Positions 8,830-18,498 of a stretch of 40,547 bases of DNA are shown piece after piece. Each line of letters starts with the position of its first letter. Position 1 is the first letter of the stretch. This DNA comes from Vulcanimicrobiota bacterium. GTDB taxonomy: Bacteria; Vulcanimicrobiota; Vulcanimicrobiia; Vulcanimicrobiales; Vulcanimicrobiaceae. The notes beneath the pieces were generated by a model, which was given only the letters and a program-made list of their open reading frames with translations, did no database searches and was not told the DNA's origin. Where the stretch lies: the NCBI GenBank assembly GCA_003135555.1, contig PLCF01000054.1:55452-95998 (forward strand), in the 5' to 3' direction. The position numbers and the translations under genes are program-made.

Positions 8830-8863
8830 CGAGAAGCGAGACATCAGGGTGTCTCGCTTCTCG
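8830..8863 (-). terminator. Perfect 14-bp hairpin, terminator/attenuator candidate between pdxT and HNH
   Basis: CGAGAAGCGAGACA-tcaggg-TGTCTCGCTTCTCG; followed on the minus strand by CGTTTGTG (weak U tract). Confidence 0.6.
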
Positions 8864-8998
8864 AGAACGACATGGGGACGCATCGGAACGGACTGCGCGA
8901 GTCGTTCCACTCGGCGGGCCTGAGCCTTTGGGCGCGGGCGCCGGTCGGCGGCATGGCCGGACGATTCGCTTCCCCGGCGCCGCTTCACCTCGTTTCCC

Positions 8999-9610
8999 TT
9001 AGGCGGAGGCCGCGGCGGGCCGGGCCGCGCGGACCATGCCCAGGAAATAGTCGTGGACGCGGTCGTCGCCGGTGAGCTCGGGATGGAACGACGTTCCCAG
9101 GACGTTGCGCTGCCGGACCATCACACCGCGGCCGTCGCGCCGCGCCAGCGTCTCGACCCCGGGACCGGTGCGTTCGATCCACGGAGCACGAATGAACACC
9201 GCCGGAAACGGCTCGGCGCCCAAGACCGGGATCGCCAGCGGGACTTCGGCCGAATCGACCTGGCGGCCGAACGCGTTGCGGCGCACCGTGACGTCGAGCA
9301 GGTCGAGCGTCGGCTGGGCGAGCTCGGAGACGTCGTGCGCCGCGACGATCATCCCCATGCAGGTGCCCCAGAACGGCATCCCGGCGGCGACGCGCGAGCG
9401 GACCGGCTGCGTGAGGCCGAACCGGTCGAGCAAACGGATCACCGTCGTCGACTCGCCGCCCGGCACGACCAGCGCGTCGACCCGCGCGAGATCGGCGGGC
9501 GTCCGCACCTCGACTACCGTCGCGCCGGCGCGCGCGAAGGCGCGCACGTGCTCGACGACGTCACCCTGGAGCGCGAGCACGCCGACGACCGGCGCCTCCG
9601 ATCTCGCCAT
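8999..9610 (-). CDS. pdxT: Pyridoxal 5'-phosphate synthase glutaminase subunit
   Basis: GVLALQGDV.EH, PGGESTT, GTCMGMI, RRNAFGRQVDS, FIRAP, SFHPEL. Confidence 0.96.
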   Translation of the reverse strand: MARSEAPVVGVLALQGDVVEHVRAFARAGATVVEVRTPADLARVDALVVPGGESTTVIRLLDRFGLTQPVRSRVAAGMPFWGTCMGMIVAAHDVSELAQPTLDLLDVTVRRNAFGRQVDSAEVPLAIPVLGAEPFPAVFIRAPWIERTGPGVETLARRDGRGVMVRQRNVLGTSFHPELTGDDRVHDYFLGMVRAARPAAASA

Positions 9611-9620
9611 GCGGCAGCCG

Positions 9621-10523
9621 TTAATTGCCGCGGGTGGCGAGCAGCTGCGATTCGTGCAGCTGGCGGATGTCCAGGCCGGGCATTGCCTTGGCGTCTTCGG
9701 GGATCGAGGTGTGCGCGCGCAGGACGACGTCGGCATCCTGCCAGTGCGTCGTCGCATCGACGATGGCGCGCGCGAACGCCGCCGGTCCGGTCGACTTGAA
9801 GATCCCGCTGCCCACGAAGATGCCCTCGGCGCCCAGCTCCATCATCAGCGCCGCATCGGCCGGCGTCGAAACCCCGCCGGCGCAGAACAGGACGACCGGC
9901 AGCTTGTGGTTCGTCGCGACGTCGCGGACGAGCTCGAGCGGCGCGCCGAGATCGCGTGCCCGGGCGACGAGCTCTTCGCGCGGCACCGCCGCCAGCGTCG
10001 CGATGCCGTCGCGAATGGCGCGCATGTGGCGCACCGCCTCGACGATGTTGCCCGACCCCGCTTCGCCCTTGCTGCGGATCATCGCCGCGCCCTCGGCGAT
10101 GCGCCGCAGGGCCTCACCCAGATCGCGCGCGCCGCACACGAACGGCACGGTGAAGGGGGCCTTTTCGAGGTGGTACATGTCGTCGGCCGGGGTGAGCACC
10201 TCGGACTCGTCGATGTAGTCCACACCCAGCGCCTGCAGCTGGCGGGCCTCGCCGATGTGACCGATCCGGACCTTGGCCATCACCGGGATGCTGACGGCCT
10301 GCATGATCCGCTCGATGAGGGCCGGGTGACTCATGCGCGCGACGCCGCCGTCGGCTCGAATGTCGGCGGGGATCCGCTCGAGCGCCATCACGGCGACCGC
10401 GCCGGCCTCCTCGGCGATCTTGGCCTGCTCGGGGGTCACCACGTCCATGATGACGCCGCCCTTGAGCATCTGCGCGAGGCCGCGCTTGACCGTGTCCGTT
10501 CCCGTCTGCGACTGACCGTTCAT
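9621..10523 (-). CDS. pdxS: Pyridoxal 5'-phosphate synthase lyase subunit
   Basis: [53 protein letters not shown]. Confidence 0.97.
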   Translation of the reverse strand: MNGQSQTGTDTVKRGLAQMLKGGVIMDVVTPEQAKIAEEAGAVAVMALERIPADIRADGGVARMSHPALIERIMQAVSIPVMAKVRIGHIGEARQLQALGVDYIDESEVLTPADDMYHLEKAPFTVPFVCGARDLGEALRRIAEGAAMIRSKGEAGSGNIVEAVRHMRAIRDGIATLAAVPREELVARARDLGAPLELVRDVATNHKLPVVLFCAGGVSTPADAALMMELGAEGIFVGSGIFKSTGPAAFARAIVDATTHWQDADVVLRAHTSIPEDAKAMPGLDIRQLHESQLLATRGN

Positions 10524-10609
10524 ATCCGCCTCATTGTCCTGCTCCTACTGCCCGCCTTCAATGCGGACAATAGGGACACCGGACGCGAGGGTTGCGGCAC
10601 GCGAGTCGC

Positions 10610-11041
10610 CTACGGCGGCGGCAGGGTCGGAGGCTCGGTCTCGACGTCGGTGGGCTCGTGCGAGACCAGCGGGATGGGCAGCGGCGGCGAGGTGTAGAGC
10701 GCCGGCGCCTTGGTCGGCGCGGGGGCCGGCGTCTTGCGGCGCGGCGGCGGCGTATAGGCCTGCGGCGAGGGCATCGGCGGCGGGGTAATGCGCGGATCCG
10801 GGAAGGCGGGATCGGTGGCGACCGAGATCACCTGCAGCCGCTTCCAGTTCTTGAGTACGTCGTGCCCCGACGCGTCGGCGCCGGGGACGGGCGTCACGCC
10901 GCCGCCGCCGATAAGGGGGGGACGCGCCGTCTGAAGCAGGACGCGATCGCCGAGCTTCTGCCCGATCAGGATCGAGATCACGAGGACGAGCGCGCCCCCG
11001 ACCAGGAGCGCGGACAGCCCTGGACGGCGGGTCGGCGGCAC
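10610..11041 (-). CDS. Proline-rich single-pass membrane protein, function unknown
   Basis: One N-terminal TM segment, WKRLQVISVATDPAFPDPR core, Pro/Thr-rich tail; fits between co-directional genes. Confidence 0.65.
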   Translation of the reverse strand: MPPTRRPGLSALLVGGALVLVISILIGQKLGDRVLLQTARPPLIGGGGVTPVPGADASGHDVLKNWKRLQVISVATDPAFPDPRITPPPMPSPQAYTPPPRRKTPAPAPTKAPALYTSPPLPIPLVSHEPTDVETEPPTLPPP

Positions 11042-11054
11042 GGTGCGCGAGGTT

Positions 11055-13490
11055 CTAACCGACCGGGGCGGCGGCCTCTCGGGGCTCGTGGGTCGGCATC
11101 GCGTCGATGAGGACCGGCTCGCCGATCCGAATCTCGAGCAATTTCCCGGCCTCGACGCGCCGGCGGAACGCTGCGCCGCGGAACTCGAGCGTCACCTCGC
11201 GCGGGTGCTCGCGGTCGTTGCAGACGTAGATGAGCACCGCCCCCTGCGCATCCTCGAACCCGACGGCGGCGACCTCGACGGGCGAAGTGCGGATCTCGTC
11301 GGAGACGTCCCGCCCCGCGAAATAGACCCGGTACGGCTCGTCGGCTGAGGCGAAGTCCATGTCGCCCACGATGGTCTTGCGCTCGGCATCGATCACGTAG
11401 CTGTGCCGGCGGCCGCCCCAGTGCACGCGGACCGCGGCGCTCCAGCCCCAGCCGGCCGGGAGCAACGGCGCGATGTGCGGGCGGCCGCTGGTGCGATAGC
11501 CGTCCAGCCCGCACACCGTCTCGGCGACCGCCCACAGATATTTCGCTCCGGTCCACGGCGAGAGGTACATCCCGCGATTCGTCAGCGATCCGCCGTCGAA
11601 CCACTCGGCGAACTGCCCGGGCACGGTGTTGCGGCTGGCCCCCGCCTCCATCGTCGCATACACGCATTCGAGCCGCTGCGCTGCCTCGTCGTACGCGCCG
11701 TTGCGGGCCAGCGCTACCGCGAACCACAACGTGAGGTCCGGCCAGATGCCGCCCAGCAGCCCGAAACCGTGTGACGGAAAGTACCACGAGTCGGCGGTCG
11801 AGATCGTGCGCAAGCCGACGGGCGTCGTGAAGTCCGACTCCATGAGCCGCCGCAGGATCGCTTTGCTCACCGCCGGCTCGGCGACTTCGAACAGCACCGG
11901 AAAGACCTCGTCGGCGGTGAAGTTGTCTTGGTAGTTGGCGTCGCGGTCGTAGTTGAGCACGAACGCCGACGTATCGGCGTTGAACAGCTTGGCGAGCATC
12001 GCCTCGCGCAGCGCACTCGCCTCGCCCGAGAAGCGTTCCCACGCCGCGCCGTCGTCGAGGATGGCCGCCATTCGCGCCGTCGCCTCGAGCGCGAAGTAGG
12101 CTTCCGCGTTGATCTCGGTCACTGCCCCGTCGAGCTTGTAGAGCGGGATGATGTTGCGCCACGACGTGATCCCGAACATGTCCTCGCCCGCCGCCTTGCA
12201 GAACAGCAGCCCGTTGGCATCGCGCTGCGACAGCATGTAGTCGGCGATCTTCACCACCATCGGAAAGACCCCGCGCAGCCACGCGTCGTCGAGCGTCGCG
12301 TTGTAGTGGTGCAAGATCGCGATGATGTGCAGCGGGGTGTCGTCGTTGACGTTGAGGTCGTAGAAGGTCGAGAAGCCGTTGACGCCGCGCACGTACTCGA
12401 CGACCTGGCCGCTGGGCTCGAGAAAGCGGTTGAACAGCTCGATCGCGTCGCGCGAGAACTTGGGCAAGAAGTAGTCGTAGCCGTGCACGAACCACGACGT
12501 ATCGCGCGAGACCAGAATGTCCGACGGCGGCGAATTCGTTGAGCCCCAGCCTTGCGGATACTCTTTGATGACGCGTAGCATGTTCGTCTTGGCCCACACC
12601 ACGCCGCGGTTGATCAGCGGCGACGGCGTGAGCAGCCGCGCGTCGGCAAGCTTCTCCGCGTAATAGCGCTCGGTCGCGGGCAACGCGTCGGGATCGCCGA
12701 GCAGCTGCTCGAGCACGGGCTTGGAGCGCGCGTCGCCGTCCTTGTGGAACACCACCGCGAGACGCAGCGACTCGCGCCCGCCGGCCGCGATCTCGATGCG
12801 GTACTCGAAGGCACCGAAGATGCGGCTCGAGGCGAACTCCGCGAGGTGCGGCGTGATCTCCCCGAGGTGCTCACCCCGGTCGAGCGTGCCGTCCATCATC
12901 CCCTTCATCAGCGTCTGTTCGCGCAGCGCGACGACGACCGCATGCGGCGTCCGTGAGCCGCCCCACCAGCGCACCCATCCCGACTCCTCGCCGAAGGAGC
13001 GGATGAAGCGCTCGCCGGCGCTGGCCCGGACCTGCTTCTCGGGCTCGCCGTAGAAGCGCTGGCCGATGAGCAGCGCCCACGGAAAGACGCGCACCGTTGC
13101 GGGCGTCGAGGCCGCGTTGTGCACCGTGATGTCGACGACGAAGGAAACGACGCGGTCGTGCCGTGCGCCGTGCGGCACGAAGAAGGTCTCGGTGACGCGC
13201 AGGTCGCGGGCGAGCGCGAACTCCGCGATCTGCGCATACGGCAAGAAGGTGAACTCGCGAACGATCTGGTGGGGGAAGAACGTCTCGTCGTCGCCGGCCC
13301 GGTACGCGACCTGATGCGCGCCGAAGATGATCTGATCGGTGTCGGCGTCCCATAGCCCGCGAATGCCGCCCTTGGGCGTCGAGGTCGCAAACGTCTTGAA
13401 GTTGCCCAGCGTCAGGCCGAACGGCGTCTCGTCCTCGCGGAGAACGTACGCGCTGAACTCGTTGCGCTGCGCATCGAAGGTGGGTCCCAC
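11055..13490 (-). CDS. Glycoside hydrolase, amylo-alpha-1,6-glucosidase/(alpha/alpha)6-barrel-like
   Basis: 811 aa; SRDTSW, DDTPLHI, EINAEAYFAL, GLRTIS, GGIWP, FAEWFDG, SPWT pattern typical of six-hairpin glycosidases; substrate unknown. Confidence 0.75.
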   Translation of the reverse strand: MGPTFDAQRNEFSAYVLREDETPFGLTLGNFKTFATSTPKGGIRGLWDADTDQIIFGAHQVAYRAGDDETFFPHQIVREFTFLPYAQIAEFALARDLRVTETFFVPHGARHDRVVSFVVDITVHNAASTPATVRVFPWALLIGQRFYGEPEKQVRASAGERFIRSFGEESGWVRWWGGSRTPHAVVVALREQTLMKGMMDGTLDRGEHLGEITPHLAEFASSRIFGAFEYRIEIAAGGRESLRLAVVFHKDGDARSKPVLEQLLGDPDALPATERYYAEKLADARLLTPSPLINRGVVWAKTNMLRVIKEYPQGWGSTNSPPSDILVSRDTSWFVHGYDYFLPKFSRDAIELFNRFLEPSGQVVEYVRGVNGFSTFYDLNVNDDTPLHIIAILHHYNATLDDAWLRGVFPMVVKIADYMLSQRDANGLLFCKAAGEDMFGITSWRNIIPLYKLDGAVTEINAEAYFALEATARMAAILDDGAAWERFSGEASALREAMLAKLFNADTSAFVLNYDRDANYQDNFTADEVFPVLFEVAEPAVSKAILRRLMESDFTTPVGLRTISTADSWYFPSHGFGLLGGIWPDLTLWFAVALARNGAYDEAAQRLECVYATMEAGASRNTVPGQFAEWFDGGSLTNRGMYLSPWTGAKYLWAVAETVCGLDGYRTSGRPHIAPLLPAGWGWSAAVRVHWGGRRHSYVIDAERKTIVGDMDFASADEPYRVYFAGRDVSDEIRTSPVEVAAVGFEDAQGAVLIYVCNDREHPREVTLEFRGAAFRRRVEAGKLLEIRIGEPVLIDAMPTHEPREAAAPVG

Positions 13491-13544
13491 GGCGTCACCC
13501 CTCTACCCGGGGGCGTCCGCGACGGCCTCCTCGAACGGCTCCGC

Positions 13545-14939
13545 GTGCGCTTGGGATTGCTTGCCGTTTTGGCAGCCGTGGCGCTTGCCGCGGCGCCGGC
13601 GCCGGGAGCAAGCGGACGCGGCGAACGATCGTACCGGTTGACGGAGATTCGTGAAGTGGCTCCGCCGCCGTCGCGCCTCGTCACTCGCGCGGCGTGGTCG
13701 CTTGCAGCCGATCCGAATCCGAGCGGCCACGACGTGCTCGCGATCGGTTCACGGATCGTGGCATTCGCGGCCGGCGGCCGGATGTGCGGATTCGACGAGA
13801 GCACCGGCGTCCGACGCTGGTGCGCCGGAGCGGGGAGCGGTCCCGCATACGCCGGCGGTGAGGTCGCGTTCGTCGAAGCCGACGGCACCGTGCGCGCCGT
13901 CGGTGCGCGCGCGGGCGAGAACCGTTGGCGACACCGCTTCCGCGGCGCGTCGCGCTCGGCGTTCACCGACCCGCCACCGCCGAACTGGCCGGTCTCCCAG
14001 GTGGTGTGGGCCGCCGGCGATGATTTTTTAACGGCCCGCATGGACGGTGCAGGCGGACACGACGCGCCGAACCTCGGCGAGATCGACCGCGCGGGACGCA
14101 TCGTCTGGCAAACGACCGTCGCCGAATCGTTGAACAAGCCGGCGATCGTGCCGCCCTATGCGCTAATCCAGAGCTCGGCGTCGGGTGCCAGGATGGTTTT
14201 CTTCGTGAGCGCACTGCGACTCGGCCGGGGCGGCGGCGTGATCGGCACGATCAGTGACGCGTCGACGATTGCCGACCTGCGCCCTCCCCTCGCCGTCGTC
14301 GCCGGCGTGACCAGCATGAGGGACGTCAGCGACTACTTCCTCACCTACGACGTGTGGCTCGCCGACGTGCGACGCGGCGAGGCTGTCTCGCACATCTTCC
14401 ACTTCGAGCCCGACTTCGATGCGAACTACGACCTCTACCAGCATCGCAACGACCTGTGGGTGCAGGCGAACGGCAAGGGACGCGTCGCGGCCGAAGGCGA
14501 CTACGTCTACGTTACGGTGCTCCAGCACGTCTATCGGTACCGCCTTGCGGACGGAGAAACGCAGCGGCCGCTCTTGCTAAGTGCACGCGGGTGGTTCGTT
14601 CTCGGACCGTATCGCGGCACGGTCTATGTGCAGCGCGACGACGGCGTATGGGCGCTGCGCGCCGGCGAGCGCGACGTTCACGCGCGGCTCGTCGCGCCGT
14701 CGAAGAGCGCGCTGAAAGCATCGGCTATCATCGGTCGCGTCGCGTACTTCGCGTTCGAGGATGGGCTCGTGCGCGGCGTCGACACCGGCGACGGTCGAAT
14801 GGTGCTCGACGCGGCCGTGCCGGGCGGCGCCTTCGGCATCGGCTCGAGCGCGGCACACGTTTTCTTCGCGTGCGGGTCGGCGAACGCCGCGGCCGGGACG
14901 TGGCACGTCGCGGCGTTCCCACGCCCCGATGCGACGTGA
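13545..14939 (+). CDS. Secreted PQQ-like beta-propeller repeat protein
   Basis: Signal peptide; repeats such as GFDESTGVRRW, AVGARAGENRW, GVDTGDGRMV; GTGA overlap with ispE. Confidence 0.7.
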   Translation: MRLGLLAVLAAVALAAAPAPGASGRGERSYRLTEIREVAPPPSRLVTRAAWSLAADPNPSGHDVLAIGSRIVAFAAGGRMCGFDESTGVRRWCAGAGSGPAYAGGEVAFVEADGTVRAVGARAGENRWRHRFRGASRSAFTDPPPPNWPVSQVVWAAGDDFLTARMDGAGGHDAPNLGEIDRAGRIVWQTTVAESLNKPAIVPPYALIQSSASGARMVFFVSALRLGRGGGVIGTISDASTIADLRPPLAVVAGVTSMRDVSDYFLTYDVWLADVRRGEAVSHIFHFEPDFDANYDLYQHRNDLWVQANGKGRVAAEGDYVYVTVLQHVYRYRLADGETQRPLLLSARGWFVLGPYRGTVYVQRDDGVWALRAGERDVHARLVAPSKSALKASAIIGRVAYFAFEDGLVRGVDTGDGRMVLDAAVPGGAFGIGSSAAHVFFACGSANAAAGTWHVAAFPRPDAT

Positions 14940-15865
14940 CGCCGCTGCTCGCGCGGGCCAAGATCAACCTTACGCTGGAGATCCTCGCGCGTCGTGAGGA
15001 TGGCTACCACGCCTTGCGCAGCGTGATGGTTCCGCTCGACTTTGCCGACGAGCTCAGCTTCGAGCCCAGCGCGCGGTTCACGTTCACGTGTGCGCCGGCT
15101 TCGCTCGCCCCCGACAACCTGGTCGTCCGCGCGTTCGAACGGATCGGCCTCGCCGATTCGCCGGTTGCGGTGACGCTGCGCAAGCGCATCCCCGTCGGCG
15201 CCGGGCTCGGGGGCGGCTCGAGCGACGCGGCGAGCGTGCTGCGCGCGGCGATGAGCGGCGCATTGCGTGAGCCGCTTTCACGCGACTGGATCGCCGACGC
15301 GCGCGCGCTTGGCTCCGACGTCCCGTTCTTCCTCGCTGACGCTCCGGCGATCGTCGAAGGGACCGGCGAACGCGTCACGGCGCTCGGCGCGGCGCCGCCG
15401 TGGTGCGTCGTACTGGTCGTGCCCAACGTGCACGTCGCGACGGCCGAGGCGTACGCCGCGCTCGACGCCTGGCGCGAGCACACGCCGGCACCGACGCGCG
15501 CGCGCAGCGACTCGGCGACGCTGCGCTGCGGCGAAGCACTGCAGCGCGGCGACTACGCCGGCGTGCTGGCGGCGCTGACCAACGATTTCGAGCCGGCCGT
15601 GCGCGCGGCGCACGCACCCGTCGACGCCGCGCTGCGGGCGCTCGACGCCGCGGGCGCGCCGGGGCGCGCGATGCTCTCGGGTTCGGGGGGCGCGTGCTTC
15701 GCGCTTTTTTGCAACCAGGCCGAAGCCCGCGAGTTCGCAGCTCGGCTGCGCGCGCCCGGCGATGCAGCGGTGCACGTCGTCGCGTTGGCGCACGGCGACG
15801 CATGGGTGGATTCGCCCGAGGCGAATCCTTCGCGGCCCTCGCTGCGCTGCGGTCCGCCGGCGTGA
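14936..15865 (+). CDS. ispE: 4-diphosphocytidyl-2-C-methyl-D-erythritol kinase
   Basis: ARAKINLTL, KRIPVGAGLGGGSSDAA, LGSDVPFF, MLSGSG. Confidence 0.95.
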   Translation: MTPLLARAKINLTLEILARREDGYHALRSVMVPLDFADELSFEPSARFTFTCAPASLAPDNLVVRAFERIGLADSPVAVTLRKRIPVGAGLGGGSSDAASVLRAAMSGALREPLSRDWIADARALGSDVPFFLADAPAIVEGTGERVTALGAAPPWCVVLVVPNVHVATAEAYAALDAWREHTPAPTRARSDSATLRCGEALQRGDYAGVLAALTNDFEPAVRAAHAPVDAALRALDAAGAPGRAMLSGSGGACFALFCNQAEAREFAARLRAPGDAAVHVVALAHGDAWVDSPEANPSRPSLRCGPPA

Positions 15866-16617
15866 GCGCCGTAGACGCGATCGTGCTGGCCGGCGGCGGT
15901 GCCGACGCCGTGTCGGCGCTCGAGCCCGGCGCGCCCAACAAAGCCTTCGTGCGCGTCGGCGGCGTGCCGCTGGTGGCGCGCACGATCGCGGGGTTGCGCG
16001 AGTCGTCGCGGATCGACCGCATCGTCGTGGTCGCGCCGCCCGCGTCGGCGGCAGATCCGGCCCTGGCGGGCGCGAGCGAGGTCCGTGGTGACGGTCCGCG
16101 GATGCTCGAGAGCCTGCGTTCCGGGATGCAAGGCTTCACCGAGGACGCGCTGGTCGTCGTGGTCGCCTCGGATCTTCCGGCGCTCGACGCGCCGGCGGTC
16201 GACGAGTTCGTCGATGCGGTCTTGGCACGCGATCTCGACATCGCGTACGCCTGCTTGGAACGCAGCTATCACGAGGCGGCGTACCCCGAGTTTCCCCACA
16301 CCTGGGCCAAGATGCGCGAGGGCCGGTATTGCGGCGGCGGGCTGGTGGCGTTGCGCGCCCGGGTGCTGCCGCGCTTGAGCACCTTTATGGATGCGCTGGG
16401 CAACGCGCGAAAGTCGCCGCTGCGCCTGGCCGGGCTGTTCGGGTGGGACGTCATGGCCCGTTTCGCGCTCGGGCGCCTCGCGATCGCTCAGGCCGAAGAC
16501 CGGGCTTCGCGGTTGCTGCGCGCGCGTGTCGGCGCGATCCGATGCACGCACGCCGAAGTCGCGCTCAACGTGGACCGCGTCGAGGACGTCGCCCGCGCGA
16601 ACGCACGCTTCGCCTAG
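15862..16617 (+). CDS. MobA-like NTP transferase (nucleotidyltransferase) family protein
   Basis: AIVLAGG, NKAFVRVGG, ASDLP, NVDRVED; GTGA overlap with ispE. Confidence 0.8.
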   Translation: MSAVDAIVLAGGGADAVSALEPGAPNKAFVRVGGVPLVARTIAGLRESSRIDRIVVVAPPASAADPALAGASEVRGDGPRMLESLRSGMQGFTEDALVVVVASDLPALDAPAVDEFVDAVLARDLDIAYACLERSYHEAAYPEFPHTWAKMREGRYCGGGLVALRARVLPRLSTFMDALGNARKSPLRLAGLFGWDVMARFALGRLAIAQAEDRASRLLRARVGAIRCTHAEVALNVDRVEDVARANARFA

Positions 16618-16632
16618 AACGTTGACCGAACG

Positions 16633-17253
16633 ATGCGTCTGGTGGCCGCCGTTCTCGCGTTCGTGCTCGCCGCACCCGCCGCCGCGCTCGCGCAAAGCGC
16701 GCCGGCAGCGCTCGAGTGCACGCCGCACCAAACCATCGTCGCCGGGATCGGGCGCGCCGGGGTCGTCGCGTTCACCGGCCCGGTGTTCGGGGCGCGAGTC
16801 TGCGCGACCGTCGTCAACCTCGCGATCGACCTGTTCACCGCCCGGATCGCCGAGGCGCCGGCGAGCGACGCGCTCGTCACCGCGGCGCTGACCGGCGGCG
16901 GCGACGTGACGTTGCAGCTGGAGGGCGCCACGGTGTCCGGCGTGGGCCCGTACGTCGTCGCGCCCGGCGGGGTTTTCCCGGCACTGGGGGGCGACACGTC
17001 CGAGGTGCCGCGGGTGCTCCTGGCATACGCCGGTCAGCGCGTGCTGGTGATCGGTACGACGCCGGTGGCGCTCGTCGATCTGGCACGCATCCTGCGGGAC
17101 CAGCCGGACCTCTTCGGCGCCGACGCCGTCGAACGGGCCGTCGTGATCGCCAGCGGCCCGGGTGCCGCGTTGTCGGTGCGCGGCGACGACGGGGTCCTCG
17201 GTGCGGCGAGCGTGGCGTCGCCGCGCGTCTTGCTGCTCATTAAGCGGGGCTGA
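16633..17253 (+). CDS. Secreted hypothetical protein (possible degenerate phosphodiester-glycosidase-like domain)
   Basis: Signal peptide ending ALA-Q; coding-like codon use; domain resemblance is weak. Confidence 0.6.
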   Translation: MRLVAAVLAFVLAAPAAALAQSAPAALECTPHQTIVAGIGRAGVVAFTGPVFGARVCATVVNLAIDLFTARIAEAPASDALVTAALTGGGDVTLQLEGATVSGVGPYVVAPGGVFPALGGDTSEVPRVLLAYAGQRVLVIGTTPVALVDLARILRDQPDLFGADAVERAVVIASGPGAALSVRGDDGVLGAASVASPRVLLLIKRG

Positions 17254-17316
17254 GAAAGTTGCCCCCGCGACAATTCTCCCAGCGACTTGCCAGCCCGCTA
17301 CGGTAGCGCTGCGCTC

Positions 17317-18498
17317 ATGCGGGCGATCACCGTGCTGTGCGACCGCCTCGGCGACGTAGGCGGTGCGGAGCGCTATTGGGAGACCGTCCTGCCCGCCCTG
17401 ACCGCACGGCAGGTCAACGTACGGTTGCTCGCGCGCGACGTCTCTTCGGACGCGGGCTACGCGCTGCGCCCGCAAACCATCCGCTGGGCCGACGAACACG
17501 GCCTGCCCTCGAGCGCCGCGGCGCGCGCCGTCGCGGACGAGCTCGTCGAACATCCGCCCGACGCGGTCATCACGGCGAGCGTTTTCGACACCGCTGTCCT
17601 CGATGCGGTCCGCCTGCACGCGCCGCGCTGGCTGGCGCGCATCCACGACCACCGCGCGTTCTGTCCCACCGGGGATCGCGTCTATCCGCAATTCGAAGCG
17701 CTGTGCAGCGCGCCCATGGGAGCCGCGTGCCGCACCGCGGCGGTCGTGCGCGGTTGCGTGCACGGGCCGCGGCCGACGTCGTACCGCCGGATTCGGGCAC
17801 GCGAAGCGTTGCGGGACCGCCTCGGTCAGGCCGACGGCGTCCTCGTCTCGAGCCGGCACATGCGCGATACCTGCGCAGCCAACGGTATTCCGGCCGAGCG
17901 CATCGCCGTAACGCCGCCGCCCCTGCCGGACGCCGCCTTCGCGGTCGCGCCGGCGCTGCGGCCGCGCACCCGCACGCTAGTATTCGCCGGCCGGCTCACG
18001 CCGCGCAAAGGCCTGCGCTCGCTGCTCGGCGCGCTGGCAAAGATCGACCCCGACGAACGGCCGCGCTTGATCGTGGCCGGCGAGGGTGACCACGAAGAGC
18101 GCGACGCCCGCGCGCTCGCCGCGCGCGACGGCATCGAGGTCGACTGGCGCGGCCGGCTGACGACGGTCGCCTTGCGCGGCGCGATCGATGAGGCGGATGC
18201 GGTGGCGCTGCCCTCGCTGTGGCCCGAACCGTTCGGTCTCGTCGGTATCGAGGCCCAAGCGCGCGGGCGTCCGGCCGTGGGATACCGCGTCGGGGCGATC
18301 GGCGAATGGATTGCCGACGCCGGGTTCGCGGTAAAACGTGGTGACGAGCAGGCTTTGGCGGACGCGATCCGGGCAGTCCTCGAGGAGCGCACCTGGCACG
18401 AGTTGTCGGCCGCGGCGTTGGCGCGCGCTCAAGCGTACCGCCTCGACGCGCACGTCGAGCGACTACTCGGCATCTTCGGAGGAGCTCCCTGTACATGA
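17317..18498 (+). CDS. Glycosyltransferase family 4
   Basis: GGAERY, HDHRAFCP, FAGRLTPRKG, PSLWPEPFGLVGIEAQARGRP. Confidence 0.9.
   Translation: MRAITVLCDRLGDVGGAERYWETVLPALTARQVNVRLLARDVSSDAGYALRPQTIRWADEHGLPSSAAARAVADELVEHPPDAVITASVFDTAVLDAVRLHAPRWLARIHDHRAFCPTGDRVYPQFEALCSAPMGAACRTAAVVRGCVHGPRPTSYRRIRAREALRDRLGQADGVLVSSRHMRDTCAANGIPAERIAVTPPPLPDAAFAVAPALRPRTRTLVFAGRLTPRKGLRSLLGALAKIDPDERPRLIVAGEGDHEERDARALAARDGIEVDWRGRLTTVALRGAIDEADAVALPSLWPEPFGLVGIEAQARGRPAVGYRVGAIGEWIADAGFAVKRGDEQALADAIRAVLEERTWHELSAAALARAQAYRLDAHVERLLGIFGGAPCT

Noticed and set aside
9621..13490. Glycosidase as a pyridoxine-glucoside salvage enzyme linked to pdxST
   Set aside because: Only co-orientation supports it; an unrelated gene and a promoter-like sequence separate them
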